A stretch of DNA of 58,132 bases, filler included, from Sphacelaria rigidula (lineage: Eukaryota), in assembly GCA_964200075.2 (NCBI GenBank). It is 3 parts of 3 records of this genome, joined end to end, with 100 filler letters (N's around TTAATTAATTAA, not from the genome) between each part and the next. Parts side by side here need not be neighbours in the genome. Positions count along the whole stretch, not along the records: positions 1 to 19,318 come from CAXNAA020000688.1; 2 more parts are not named here. One strand, 5' to 3'. Positions 1 through 14,279 of this stretch are shown here, piece by piece. A program made the position numbers and the translations under genes. How positions within the stretch are numbered: the stretch's first letter is position 1; every line of letters begins with the position of its first letter. Under the pieces are notes generated by a model. That model saw only the letters and a list, made by a program, of their open reading frames with translations. It was not told the origin of the DNA and made no database searches.

Positions 1-2193
1 GTCAGGCCGTAGAAATCGTAAATTTGGTGATTTTGAGTCGTGATGATTTGTCCTAACCGTGAAATTGACCTTTCCCTGAGAGGCACGCTATCAGCGTTTT
101 GCGGACTTCACGCCATTTTCATTCGCTTCTAGTGTGCAATTTCCGCCACGTAGACAACAACCTGTCGCGACAGGTGTACTGCATACAGTAGTGTCGCACG
201 CAGTTTGTATCGCGACCACATTTTCCATACTGTATGCGGTACACTTGTTCAGAGTAAATGTCAGGCGGGAGGTACACTGCGGAGTGCCGCGGGGATAAAC
301 AGAAAGCGTGGACAGTAAGAAGGTATCTGGCGGCAGTAATGTCCACCCGTACTCCTGGTGCAGTCCCTGCAACATCGTGGACCGTGTCTTCCGCGATGAA
401 GGTAGTTGTGACCGACATCTATCGCTTAGACTTTGCGTAACTCAATGAAGGCCGTGGCGGCATCATGTGCGGTGACAGTAGTGTGCAGTGCAACTAACTG
501 TCACAGGAAATTTGAAGCAGAGACGGCGCACGAGCCTTTTCACCGTTCATTCCGGCCGCGCTGGGATACGGAGAACTTTAATATCCTCGGTGCCATGTGA
601 TGGGGAGAAGTACAGTCGAGGTACGGGCGGCATTTTCGTGGCCAGTTCGGCATCGCTTCGCATCGCAACATACATACACGTACGCGAGGCACTGGCTGTG
701 AAGGCCGGGAGTGATACGACGGTAGGGGTTAACATTTCTTTTTCTCAGGTTGGAATTGTCAGGAGCCCTTTATCTTATCCGAACCACGACTTATGAAATA
801 TGTGAGACTACGCAAGGATTATTTCCCAGTGTGCTATGAAAATCTCGCATGAATTTGCAAACAGAGATGCCCTGACCCATATCCTTCTGCATCTACAGTC
901 GTTAAAAGCCCCTGAACCAGACAAGATTTTGCGTGAGAAGTGAAGAAGTCCACCCCTACCGTGGCATTACTCCCGGGGGGAACCTTGGCCTCTCGCATTA
1001 TCATGACCCTCCAATGCTCGGGACCCAAAATTTGTGGCGATCAGCATGTCGATGGGTGTGTGTGTACTCGCGGGGATGTGGATTGTTGGGCAAGCACGGT
1101 CCATGTGCCCAATTCGTCGTTGAAGTTGTTGTTTTTGTTGTCTTCACATTTTAAACCGTTCCGACATGAGGACATTGCTCTGTACCGGACATATCCCGCG
1201 GACGCTTCCCGTGGTGAAAGACAAGAAAAAAAGAACATGGGGCGAAACAATTTAAAAACAACTACTCGTACAGAAATAGATCACACAGATGCGATACCAA
1301 AACAGAGAAACAAATCTAATAAAATTGATAACAATACAACGAAAACAAAAAGGAGAAACAAATAGCGGGGATCGTCGGTGTGCGGTACAGAGCCGTGCAC
1401 ACCGCACGACCATACGTATCGCGCGCGACAGAGGTTTTGCGTGCCTCGCCGTCCGTCGCGCACATCTCCTAACCACTGCGTGCGGTGAAAATGTTCCACC
1501 CTAACCGTCAATGTATCGCACCGCTCGACGACTGATACAACCTCGAATTAGTGTTACCGTACAGCATCGCGCCAACAATACTGACTACGCCCCTGCACGG
1601 CGGCGCCATTGCGCTACATAAAAACCCAAGCCTCTACCCGCCCGCGCACCCACACAAATGCCGTCGCACCGCACAGCCCGCAACTCTGGGCGCTTCCACA
1701 CAAGTGGTTCCTGTCTGTCGTCGCCAGTGTCACCACCATATCACCCAACAATTAGCTGGGTGTCACACCTGACGGGCGGACCGCGATACATTCAGCACGG
1801 CCGTCGAGTAGACTCGCCGCCGGGTCCCGACGTTGGGATCTGCGCGGCAGAACCACTGGGTGACCGGCGTTACTACAGCAGAACTTCATCGGCCCCGTCC
1901 CTACGGCCGCACTCCGTGCCTTCAACCGTCACGTCCTGCCACCCTGCGGCGCCCTTCGTCCCATGGACAACCAGTAAAACGTTAGACCTGCCCGACGTCA
2001 ATACCTGCGCCAGTCCCAGTAACAAGAGCGCACGGCAGTGGTGTGGCATCTTGAATTCCTGTGATATTCCAGCATGAAGTTCCGCTGTGTCAGCCGGCGT
2101 GTTCACTACTGTCGGGAACGTTTGTAAATACTCTCATCTGTGGCGATTATCCATGACTTGCGCGCGCGCCTCCTCTCGTCGCCATGCAGTTTT

Positions 2194-3708
2194 CCAAGTT
2201 CGTGTTCCGTGGGGTACGGTTTTCTGTATACCCGAGGCATTTTCCCGGTTATTTGCTACCTTTCAAATTTTTATTTTTCAGTCACTATAATTTGCGCGTC
2301 TTCCGTCTATTGTATATCTGTTCTACTCTACTACTGTTTCTAACGGGCTTCAGGGTCGGTGTTGACTTTTCTTGTGCCTTCGGCGCGTCCATTATGCTAC
2401 CACCGCCGAATCCCTGGGGGGTCAGTTCAAGTGCGTCAATGACTTCAACCAAGCAATCATTTGCCGTACCCGACAAATTCATGCTGGTATCCGACCGTTC
2501 TGAAAAGTCCGTAACACTTACATACCCTCATCCCACATTTGCAAGAGTTCTGTAAGCGTCCCGTACCATTACGAGGGGACGGGGTACGCTGTTGATAACA
2601 TACCGGGTTGCGGGTACGGTTTGCTGTGAGGTCTCCATATCCTGCCGAACACTTTCCGTCAGTTTTGCACGCCCCCCTCATCGCCGGAAGTTGCATCACG
2701 ATCACACCGCGCCAAGTGGGGTGAACGCTGGGCCGCCGCATCCCTCCTCTCATTCGCCGCCATACAGCCGGGTGCGCAGGGAGGGGGGTGTACCGCTCCT
2801 GCTATTGGTGCTGGCGGCCGCTTTCGCCGACGCCCACTGTTCCTCCGCTTCAATCCTTCCCACCTGCGCTCGATGGCATACACGGCGGCACCAGAAGCAG
2901 TATGGGTAACATGCGGCGCGGGGGGTGGATCACGATCGTCGCATCGACGGTATGTCAAACATGCGGGCAGGAGTCATATCCCTGTCAGCGGTGAGTCACA
3001 GCAATTTATTATTATGGGTCGCACCTACAACTATGGCATATTCGGCGCAAGTCAGTCCGTACAGTAGGCCCTACGAGAGATACCCGGTTGCACTTTTTCC
3101 TACTGCACGGAGCTCGTTTTGCGTGTTGCAGATCGTAAACGGAACCTAGCGTACGGGCTACGTTTACTGCCGTGCGGATAACTCGAAAGCACATGGCTGC
3201 CGCGTGCTGCACGCTGCACTCATTATATGGTTCAGCGAAATATGCAGGGTCGTGTTCTGTAAAGTACGGGCGCGTTCTGTAGGGTACGAGGTTCCTCACA
3301 GGACTTACAGAAATGTCGGGTACCGGTATGAAAGTCTTTAAAGAACTGCCGGGTACACTCCGGGTGCGTGTAAACTTTATATACAGAACTCACAGCCCTG
3401 TCGGGTAAGGGTATGGGAGGCTTACAGAACTCACCGAAACTGTCGGGTAGGGTATGGAGGTTGCACAGAAAACCGTACCCGCAATTGGGTACCTTATCAA
3501 GAGCGGCCCCTTGCCCCCCGGTAACGGTTCGGGGGTCTGACCGAGATCACAGAACTATCGGGTAAGGGTATGAAAGTGCAGAGATTACAGAACTGTCGGG
3601 TACCGGTATGAAAGTGTTACAGAAGTCACTGAACTGGCGGGTACGGTGAATACCCAAGAAAATACCCCGGGTATACAGTAACCCGTACCGTACAGAACAC
3701 AACCTTGG
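2194..3708. mobile_element. Non-autonomous DNA transposon (MITE-like) with degenerate terminal inverted repeats and subterminal repeats
   Basis: Left end CCAAGTTCGTGTTCCGTGGGGTACGGTTTTCTGTATACCCGAGGCATTTT matches the reverse complement of the right end (CCAAGGTTGTGTTCTGTACGGTACGGGTTACTGTATACCCGGGGTATTTT). Many ACAGAAC/TGTCGGGTA subterminal repeats at 3300-3650. Confidence 0.6.
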
Positions 3709-6600
3709 AAATATGGTGGACGTCCTTCGCCGACAGGTAGCTATTGACAACTAGCACACGCCACCCAATTGAGGATAAGAAGAAGCGAAGTTTCGGCGCA
3801 CTGGACGTTTCAATTTTTTCGTGGGACTACCAACATTCCCCCACACCAAAAAAAAATCGAACCTCAGTCGTTCGCCTCAACCCCCCTTCATTGATTTTCC
3901 CACAGGACCCCGAAAGATCGGTTATCGGAATAATGATTGGTGGGGCGCATGATGCTTCTCAATCGTAAACAGTCGATCGATAAAAACAGTCGTACTTACA
4001 CGAATCGGAGCGGATGCGAACGTTTCATGTTGCGGTGTGTCATGCACCATGCAAATCTGTGTGTGTGTGTGTGTGTTGTCGTCCCATTTATTCATTTATG
4101 GATTCAATCAAAATCGAGTTCAATCTACACCGATATAGTTCCCTGCCATGACACCTGTTCGGGCAACAACGGTTGAATAAATGAAGGAAGGCGACGAGCG
4201 TATTTTGGTAAGTATAATTACCTCTAAATCCGGCCCGCCTTGTCATAGCGGCACCCCCGCGCAATCATGGATTCTGAACCGAAATCGATCGACGGCATCA
4301 TACGCGGTATCCCGAGTCGGAGTTGTGCTTTGGCACTTTCTTCACACACACGACAGATTGCGCCCGCTGGTATGAGGTGTAACGCGCGCATGTTGCGAAG
4401 GAAGAAGCTCCGTCGCAGGACAAAAGCGTTAATGTCTATATGTTGGGACTATCTTGCCCATAAACCTTTGAACATTCATCATGGGGGGGTGTTAATCACC
4501 GTCTGATATTGAAAAATGTTCGATCTTCAGCTGCAGTGGTCAGGTAGGCTGGTGCATCACTCAGGGAAACGTTATCACTCCGGAAAGCGATATGATCGTA
4601 CACGTTAACCTAATAATGTATATTTGTGTGCCACTTGCTCATGCCGCAATTATCGCCGTGTGGATGCGGGGGAGCATCCCCTTCTCGTTGAAGAGCATGT
4701 CACAACGCATGTGGCGGGCACTACTACAGGTGGGACGCCGCACGGCGCCCTCCGCTCGCGCGTGATGCATGAAGCAGGAATAAAGGACCGGTGTCACGAG
4801 AGCACAGGCCGTGCTACAGGTTGTGGCGTCGGGTTTGCGTCACCTAACCCTAAGTCTCATGAGCACTACCACATATGCTCCGAGGAGGTGTTATTAACGA
4901 ACACTTCGGACTGTACTGTACTCGCTACAGGGGTGTCAGAGGTCCCTCATGTGCAATATGAGGGACCCACGTGCACTGCGGGCCGTGTTCACCTCGCGGC
5001 GAATGCACACGGGAAATCACAAGTACATTGTGGACATAAAGTACCGGAGCATGGCGACATGTGCCATTGCATGGCACAGCGCGTCGCACCGCAGCGAACA
5101 TGTTGCACCCTCCGTGGATATTCTTTCCTTCCCACACTCACGACCTACTTTGCAAGACGGTACGCAGCAAGTACACGCGGACCACAGGCACGCAATTCAC
5201 GGACTTGTCGTGTGTTACCCGACACCTACACATATCGGACAACCAACGCTTCCCGACTACGCGGCGACATACCTTCTTGTCTATCCGGCCGAAATATGCG
5301 CTGAGGGCGACCTCTGTAGTGCCAGTTATCCGTGCTGATATGGAGCCCTCTCTCCCAGAAACTTCTGCTCTCTTCGCACCCTAATTTACGCCTTGGAGCA
5401 TGACCGTCTCAAGGTGTTTTGCCACGGACGATTAATTATAATCAGGAACATGCCTCGATATTATTGAAAAAGAATAACACTGTGTACTGTCTGTGTACTG
5501 TTGTCTGTACTGCTGCCATAGTACCAGTAGAGTTTACCCACGCGGTAGGTATGGAACTTTGGAACTTTCCACACGTCGGACGTGTCAGCTCGTGACAGAT
5601 CCCAGTATGCTAATTTGGGGCATATATCATGATCCGTCCGTGGTGAGCTGTCACCCGTACACGTTTGTCCGATGCTGATCCGCAGGACACGCGTGACCCG
5701 TACATGTTTGCCGAGCGACGAGCTGTACGACCCGCTTCACACACACACTTTCGTGTTCAACTGAACTGCAGACCCGTGTCATCTGTACAACATCCCATAG
5801 TTGTCATTTATATCACTCGGATCAGGCGGGCGCAGTAGCTTGTCGTCGACCCGTGCGATTTGGAGCTCATGTACACCAAGAGCTACACCTTACCTGAGGA
5901 ATCCGAATCTAGTACAGTATACACGAAACCCTTTCCCGCACCCGTAAGATCCGGATCAAGTATGCAAGAAAACAATATTCAACTCCCTCACTTGTTGACC
6001 TGTATGGGCCGGGTACAGAGCATGTTCACAAGTCCGGACGTTGGTAGGCTTTAATTCCTTATGTGCGCATACATTGTAGCCTAATTTCGTTTTTTTAGCT
6101 CAAGTAGGCCTGTTTAGCGCTAAGCTTCCAATCGGCTTGATACGCTTGAAACGAGCTTAATGGCTTCAAACGCCCATAAACGCGCATAAAGTTGCGATAT
6201 TGTTTTGCTCGCAAGTGCTCCATGTGGCGTAACTCGTCACCAGAGAGGCCGACAGGCGTCAGGCTTCAGGCTCCAACACTCAATACTTCAAAATGACATG
6301 GTCATGTCTCGTGTTCCTATTTTGTTGCGGGAATGATGAGCAGACTGCTCCACTTTATATTCAATACACATGGTACCATGTTGCGTTCAAAAATATGACG
6401 AGATACTAAAAGAAATAATACACTTGTTCTTTGTACAGCAGACAGCAGACAGCAGGAGTAACAGCAGCACCGACAGAGAGCAGTTATAACGAGAGATAGC
6501 AGCGTTTGTTACTCACGATGTCATGGCAGGCCTACTGTCCGAGAAGGAACACTTTTTGGTCGCGGCCTCAGGCGCGCACTCGGAGCACGGTTTGCTTTCG

Positions 6601-6780
6601 TTTTGAGATGACAACAAGAACAGGCTTCCCTGTTATCTCGTGGCGATGGAAATTGTACTTATCCAGCCATCGTCCGCGTCTATGGAGCGAATGTTCCCGA
6701 TTTTGAGAAAGTGCTTGGACTCCCGACAGGAGGGAGGTGTTCGGTGACCAGATCGAATCCGCAGTTATGAAGAACAATCT
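6601..6780 (+). pseudogene. hAT transposase C-terminal dimerisation-domain remnant
   Basis: The frame from 6601 reads F*DDNKNRLPCYLVAMEIVLIQPSSASMERMFPILRKCLDSRQE. This matches the hAT dimerisation motif (FW...LP...QPSSA..ER.FS), with the Trp codon mutated to a stop and a frameshift downstream. Confidence 0.65.
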
Positions 6781-7259
6781 GTACAGGTAGTTCGACAAGA
6801 TTTTCAATTTCGACTGACGGTAGCTGATGCGGTAGGGGTGGTGGTAGCTTGTCGCTTGTAGCTTGCCGGGCGAGAGGCCAAAGGCTGCAATGCCCCGTGT
6901 CTAGAGGCTACAATACCGTACTGCTGTATCAAGTATCGTAAGTGTAGTGGCGGTCGTTGTTCCCGTACGTGGGTTAGGGTGCAGGTGTGCAGGTTGTGGT
7001 CTCCAAACTCAAAATCTGGAGTAAAGCTTCATTTTTCAACTCTAAATAATCAACAAAACTTCGAATGCCCAATTGTCGTCTTGCTCTCATGCTAGAAGGC
7101 GCGCCTTGTGAGGGGATACTGTCACAACGCCACAACAAGGACGGGAATAAGGCGCACAAAGCGCGCCTAATTTGCGCTAATAAAGCTCAAAATGGGGCTT
7201 GAAGACGAAAAAAGAAAGCCCAAGGAAAACAAAAAAATGGAGCTTGATTTCAAGAAGCT

Positions 7260-7614
7260 TCGACGTTGGCTGTGGCAACCCGGGCATATGGAACATGAAG
7301 TGCGTACATTCTATTCCGAGTGGTTCCACGGTGGGGGTGCATACTTTTCCCGAAGTTTGCACTGTCGGCGCATCCGAAGGAAGTATACAATGAACAGTAT
7401 TCAGTATTCCTCACCTGCTAACCTTGCCCTGGTACAATGCGCATGTTCACAAGTCCGTACGTTGGCGGTAGCAACCCGGGCATAGGGAACATGAAGCACT
7501 TATATTTTTTTCCGAGTGGTTCCACGGTAGAGCTGCATATGGTTTCTGAAGATGTGCACTATTGGTGCATCTGACTGAAGAATGCAATGAACAGTATTCA
7601 GTATTCCTCACCTG
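7260..7614 (+). repeat. Tandem direct duplication, about 200 bp unit
   Basis: GCAACCCGGGCATA.GGAACATGAAG...TTCCGAGTGGTTCCACGGT...CAATGAACAGTATTCAGTATTCCTCACCTG occurs twice. Confidence 0.7.
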
Positions 7615-8029
7615 ACCTCCACTACTCGTGCGATCCGTACACCTCCATCTGATGATGATCTGTATGACCCGTGCGATTCGTACATATATGTCTGATGATG
7701 ATCTGTATGACCCAAGTATCCTTACATGATCTCCTTGGGCACACCTATGTACTCCGAATCAGGTGTACACGAAACGTCAAGAAGAACCTGTGTATCCTTA
7801 TAACACGTACATGATGCCTCCCTCCTGGGCGATGATATACGGATCACGAGGACCGTTCCATAACTAGTTGCGCTGTATAGGAAATTTTGCCCCAAAAGTG
7901 TGCCGGCTCTTCCTGATGGACAAATCAAGCTAGCCAGTCATGAACAAGGGATCCGTCCGGTCGGTTCCAAGAGGCGTACTGATGATTCATCAAGATTCTT
8001 CCGATGCAGATGCCCACCCTTGGGGTGAC

Positions 8030-10400
8030 TAGACAAAGCCGAAATAAAACAGAGAGAACAACAGTACGAGTAGCACAACGCAGTACAAAATCTGTGTGGT
8101 ACAGTACAGTAAAATGTTTCCTTGTCTCTCTCCTCGCTGCTGTCTTTCCCTTCTTCAATAGGCACCATAGATGATCAGATAACACGAAACCTTTGAAAAG
8201 TGTTGAACCTGTGAGCCTCCACGGTTGGTCGCCTGGGTCTCGCATTCATCTTTCAAGTCGAGTACACATCAGAGAAGACTCTCCAATTCGTTGGTCCAAA
8301 TGCACAAAATATATTACCGCGGAGTCAGGAAAGCCAAAGCGCAACCTTTGCGCTACTCGGCGTGCTCAACGACCGGAGCTGTAAGGAGCACACATGAGAA
8401 GGGGGGGGGCAGGTGATCCGGATCATGATCTGTCCGACGTATTCAGTCAAAGTTATGCCAATGCACTTCCGATTACTCTCCCTGAAGGCGGTTGCTTATA
8501 GATGGATAAAGCCGAACAAGGCTCAGGCCATGTCTTATAAAAAACAAATCGACTCAAACGAGTTCGTGCGGCAGAACTGATTCAGTTCGCTACGCTAGGT
8601 TTGGGTCCGAGCGAATTCGCACGCTTTGAATCGAAAAGGCTAAGCGGAATTCGTGAAGCGATACTTCTTTACTTATGTTCAATAGACGGTAAGCTACAGA
8701 CAGTACAGACTGTACAACAGTGACGACCTGTACTGTCCAGATTGTGTGTGTTTCGCACAGCATGCGGGCGCGATGTGGAAAAGAAGCGGGCAACACGACA
8801 CACAGCAGATTTGACAAACAGCACAGCTTTCTGACTCTCTGCATACAGGAGGATGCGAAGCAGATTTGAACCACGTGCAGTTTTTCACCGCCTCTACTGT
8901 CCATGAGCGCGTTGGCAATTCGATCGCTCACTCCGACACGCAACGCCGTCGGTGGACCCTGCCACAAAATTAGATGCCCAAGTTTTCGCCAACAAGAAGG
9001 AACACATCATGCTAAAAGTGTGGTGGTGTCGGTTTCCTATCACTGCTGCAGCAAAATGTCCCTGTGCTGAGTTCGTGATCTATGCCGCAGGGTGGGATGG
9101 GTAGCTGCGAATGAACCATTTGGGTTTTGCGTATCTCTGTGAAAGGGTAGTATCTGGCACGGTTGTCTGCAACATGGGAGTTACGTGCCGCTTTGCTCAT
9201 TCCGCCGCTCGTTTCGCTCGAAAAAGCTGAGCTTTTCTGTTTTTGACCCTGCCCGTCGCGCGCAACTAATTATAAAATGAACTTGAAGCTATCTAGGAAC
9301 ATAAATACCGTGGACGTATCTGATTCGGCCTCGTAACGATCAGTTAGATTCGACCGCATGTTTTCGAGTCGAAAACAATTTGATAAGACGCGGCCTCAGT
9401 ACAGGACAGGACGACGCAGAACGAGACAGCACAGTACAGTTCAGGAGAGTGCTGTCTTCTCTCCCGCCGCCCCCTGCGTTCCTCCCGATTGCTTCCCTCA
9501 TCTATGGCCATCACCATGGACCAGGTTACACGAAACCTTTTGGAAGCATGAACTCGTCCTGCCCCCACCTTTGGGAGTGAACCCTTGACCCTTCACGGTG
9601 GGTAAGCTGTGTCTTCATTCATCTTTCAAGTCAAAATTATGCCAATGCAGACACTTTCTACAACAGCCCCCCCCCCCAAAAAAGTGCATGGTTTTGGGAG
9701 GTAAAATCTTCACGTAAATCGAAATGGGAAACGCCGAGCACATTTAGAAGCTGGGAATTCACACGCTTGGGTTCGTTCTCGCCAATGTCGCCAAAATGAG
9801 GCGCTTTATGCAGCCTGAACCCAAACATCAGGCGCTGTATGACCATTTTTTTCGTGACACTTTTGAGCTGGCTTTGGGGGGGGGGCTATCATAGAAAGTG
9901 TCTGCACAACAGATGACTCGCCCTGAAGGTGGTGTATATAAATGGGCAAAACCGAACAACAAGGCACAACAGCACAATACAGGGCAATGCAGTACAATGC
10001 AGTAGAGTAAAATAGAGTAGAGTTGTCTTCTCCCACTCCCTCCGTGCGTTCCTTTCCATTGCTCCCATTATCTAGGGGTATCACCATGGACAAGATTACA
10101 AGAAACCCTTGCAGAGTGTGAACTCGTCCTGCCCCCAGCTATGTACGTGAACTCTTGGGCCTCAACCGTGGGCAATCTGGGTCCCGTTCATATTTCGAGC
10201 CAAATCACGCCAATCAAATCAGTATACGCAAACACAACACTGAAGCTTCATGACAGCGCAGGGATGATGCACAGACGGCAGCCCGGTAAAGGTGGACTCT
10301 GCATAACCAAGAAACAGAAGAGCACAAGACAGTCACCATGTTTGTTCCAGTACACACCCGGCTCTCCAACGTTGGTCCCCGGAGCGGCTGGATACACACG
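8030..10400 (+). repeat. Dispersed degenerate repeat family, 3-4 copies of about 250 bp (near 8030-8260, 9390-9640, 9940-10200, partial 10300-10400)
   Basis: Shared blocks ...ACAGTACAGT...TGTCTTCTC...CACCATGGAC.AG.TTACA.GAAACC.TT...GAACTCGTCCTGCCCCCA...ATTCATCTTTCAAGTC. Confidence 0.55.
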
Positions 10401-11536
10401 CGACAGCGTTTTGCTGTTGATAAGCTCTCGGGGTGCATTACACACGGACGTCGTTTTACAAACCGGAAGGAGTCATTCCGGCTCAGATTTCTCCTGCCTT
10501 CTTGCTTCGCCCGTCCCGTCTTCGTGCATTTTCCCCCCAATTGCTCTTGTCGGGGACGGTGGTTTTTGGGGAGAGTCAATCGAGATGCTAGCTAAATCAG
10601 AGACGATCTCATCGACCACGAGTGCGATTTGAGCGCTGTTTTTGCGTTTTGTGCTTCAAATCACTATGCATGTCGTGATGACCTCGCTTTCCGGGAACGT
10701 CCCACGCTCGGCACATGAGGCGGCAATTTTTTTGCAGAGGTGCAGGGAACACTAGAGGAGTTGAGAAGAAAGGGGCTCATCTGGCAGTGCGTGTCAGAGG
10801 TGTGGATGTATAGGTGGCGCCTGAACAGGGAGGGCGTCGCTTCAACACACGATTTGCTCGTTCCAATGATGTGGTGTTTAATCAAAAGTATGCACATGAA
10901 AGAAGGGAAATGAGGGTGAGTTGTCCATGGTCGAAAAAATTTGGCCGAGCAGCCTGAAAAAAATCGGAGGATATCACCCCCCCCCCCCCCCCGATTCGCA
11001 CCACTAACTGTATGACCCAAATCGGGTACACAGGTGTGTTTACATTCGAGCTGTATGACCTGCGTCCTATAGAAAGTGATCCGCCCGACATGTAGAACTT
11101 TCCGACTTCGTTTTGGTATGGACACCGAAATCCGGATCTGTAACGGGGACTGTGCTCCGAGGGTTCGCAGAATGCGTCAAACGAAATACCGCCTGCGCTG
11201 CTTGACGATATTGCTGAATAATTGGTGTACTGCACTGTTGTTTTTCTACGTGGTTGTGGAGCTGCCTCTCTTTCTCTTGTTCCCATATAATATGAAGCAT
11301 TTTTATCCGACTATGCTGAATCCGATTCGTGCTTCGCTGTAATCCGACAGCTGGGATTCGTTGCATTATGTAACGATTCGTCCCCACAGACAAACCGCAG
11401 ATCCTGCTACGCTCTGATCCTCACTTCGTCTTACAGTTACACAAGGTTTTCCTTTGGGAGGTTGGTACGGCTCTCCCGCCTCCCGGGGGTGACCCAAGTC
11501 GAAAATACATGGTTCAGGCCGGATGTTACGGCAGAG

Positions 11537-11968
11537 AAATTTTTGACCCACGTGTTGTTCACTTTCGGGACGTTTGGCCCACTTTTTTACCATAAACAGG
11601 GAAAATTGCCAACACACGTCTCGGACACTTTGCATGACCCCACAGAGAGAAACCTAGCCTACTTTTCAGATTCCTTTTGCTCCGAGGTTTCGAGATTGGC
11701 CGTCGAACAATAACCCGTGTGCAACAATCTGTGCTTGCCAACTTGCGACAGTTTGCCCATTAAGCTGTGGAGATCGTCGGTTTTGTTGCAAACGGATTAT
11801 TGTGCAGCGGCCACTCTCGAAACCTTGGAGCCAAACAAATCTGAAAAATGGGCTAGGCTCCTCTCTGTGGGGTGATGCAAAGTGTCTAAGACGTGTGTTG
11901 GCGATTTTCCCTGGGGGTCGAAAAGTGGGCCAAACGTCCCAAAAGCGAGGAATCCGTGGGCCGAAAAT
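11537..11968. repeat. Long inverted repeat (fold-back), arms about 190 bp, spacer about 55 bp
   Basis: 11537-11727 (GGGACGTTTGGCCCACTTTT...GACACTTTGCAT.ACCCCACAGAGAG..CCTAGCC) is the reverse complement of 11782-11968. The ORF track shows near-identical peptides on opposite strands. Confidence 0.8.
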
Positions 11969-12764
11969 CTGTGTGTCATAGCACCCGGCCTAACAGAGGT
12001 TGTTGTATCTCAATGTACAGCAGTGATCGTGGCTGTACAAAACATCGCATGTGTTATCGGATGGTGGGCTCCGGATAAGGTTAAAGTTCACCAATTTGAG
12101 TAACACGGATGTGAAGGTTGTACAATGGTTGGGCGGCAATAATTCCGACATGTGTGGCATATGCGTTTGGATGTGACATGAGCCGAAGGTGATGTTGAAC
12201 GCTATTGTACGTTTGGTCGGGACAGCCAGCAGTCCGTTTCTGTTGGAAATCAGTTCCAGCCGAGATTGAAGCTTGCAGTGTCATTCCCCCAGGATCTGGA
12301 ATGAGATTCATGAAGGTGTTCGGGAATGTGTTGGATAAGTTACATTCTCACCAATGTGTGCGCATTTGGGTCGTTGGAATATCGTCGGGCAATACATCGT
12401 AGCAAGCAAGCCCCGCCTCCAATTTCATTGACTAATTCCCAAGTCCATGGCGGATGTTCTTGGTCGTCGTAATCATCGCTGCCGTCATTGTGACCGCCAC
12501 GGCCGCTGTCACCGTCACCGCTGTTGAAGCTTATGTCACCGCTATCTCCATCACGACCACCATTCTTGTCGCCTGAAGCAGTCTGGCTGTCACCATAACC
12601 GCGAAGAGACAATGCAATGCCAAAGACTGGAGGAGGTTGCCCTGTGGACCGGCGTAGGACATTCGTGGTATTCCCAAGGTGTCAGAGTGCGAAGTAGCTC
12701 TCGTGCCATCAAGACATGACAGCAGGAACCACTTCCCGAAAAAATGGAACGTGTGCAACATTGT

Positions 12765-13105
12765 TGGCATGTTCTTCGTCACTTGAGAGGCTCGCGGGTA
12801 TGTTTTTTCAGTGCTCCGCTTTTTCGCTGCACGTAAGAGTTTGCATTTCTCTGGACAAAAGAGTGGCTCTTGCTGAAACTTGGGATGCGTGAAACATTCC
12901 TGGCATGTTCTTTCTCACTTGGGAAGCTCGCGGGTATCTTCTTTCAGTGCTTCGCTTTTTCCCTGCACATGAGAGTTGAAGTTTTTTTTAAAGCCAGCCG
13001 AACTTTTCACCTGGCCTTTTGCAACGGTCCTTTATTGTAACGGGCATGTTCTTGCAATGCTGTCGTTTTTCGCTGTACGTGAAAGTGTGCATTCCTCTGG
13101 ACATG
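12765..13105. repeat. Three degenerate direct repeats, about 130 bp period
   Basis: GGCATGTTCTT...TTTTTCGCTGCACGT.AGAGT recurs near 12766, 12902 and 13043. Confidence 0.55.
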
Positions 13106-14279
13106 AGAGTGGTGATTCTTGTCTGAAATGATCGCACATCACTGTGGCTTCCACCTCACGGAGCCTTTTTTAAACAGTGTAATTGTTTTTGCGGCAAAAC
13201 ATTCTTGTGCTGCCGTGCTGTTGTGCCTTGTTCAACTCGCCAACGGCCCATTGCACGGTCTTGTGTTTGGCTGGTGACTAAGGCCAAGGCAATGTTCAAT
13301 TGTTCTCAACTGCTTTGCTCTCATGTTCTCGTGACATTGGCGGCATAACCGGTGTGTTCGTGCTCCCAAATGAACGAGAACGCGACAAAGAGAAACACGA
13401 GGAAAAAATATCCCGCCAAAATTTATCCTGTTTTAAGTTTTCCATGATCAACAGGCTTTTGTGGTTCGGGTTCCTGTTTCAAGTTTCCCATGATCTTGAA
13501 AAGGCCTTTGTGGTTCGGGATCAACACCCGCGAAAAAGGACCAGTTTGAGCGACTGTGGGTGGCCAGAACACGCGCCACGAGTATCAGATGACACCCAAA
13601 CCTGGACGACAATGTACTGCTGAGCCTCCTTGGTGCGCTGCAAAAAAAAGCGCGGGATAAAATGCCTCGCCTCCAGAGAAAACTCGGTAAAAGTGGTGAA
13701 AAATGTGAAATGATACATGTACATATATGTAGGTATATGTGTACAGACACTTTTTGCCTGTCGGTATATAATGCCTACGATGGACTTTAGACCTGGGGAG
13801 TTTGGTCGACTGCTGTCATCCTGGGGAGTTTTGTCGACTGCTGTCATGTGTACCCACGCAGGTGGTAGCAGAGGCTGACACCTACCGACGGATGTCGGAT
13901 CTAGCTTGGAGAGTTTGAAACAGCAGAGTATACGAGTACTTCAATGCATAATACAAGTATGAAGATTTTTTACCAAACAGCGGCGCTTGTGGCCAACACA
14001 GAAAAATGTAAAATAGATAGGCTGCTGGTGACGCACGCAGGACGATGTCCGTATCCAAGAGACAACAAGGATAGCTGATGTACCTCAATATCCAGAGCGA
14101 TCACCCCAAGTGAGGTCGAGTATAGCATGTCACGCCAAGATGAACAATGCACAACAAAAGTGGTTCTCCGAATAGATTCCAAACCGACACATACCATACC
14201 AACGGCACATATTCTACTCAATGCACTACTGTTCATGTAAAAGTGTTTTAGATGTTAAGCTGAAATAGAGCATTTTCAT

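Noticed and set aside
91-2100. Short overlapping ORFs at the window start
   Set aside because: No family motifs or consistent exon structure could be identified.
4624-5304. 226-aa Cys/His-rich ORF
   Set aside because: No recognisable motif, TTG start, repeat-rich eukaryotic context; possibly decayed transposon or viral sequence but unsupported.
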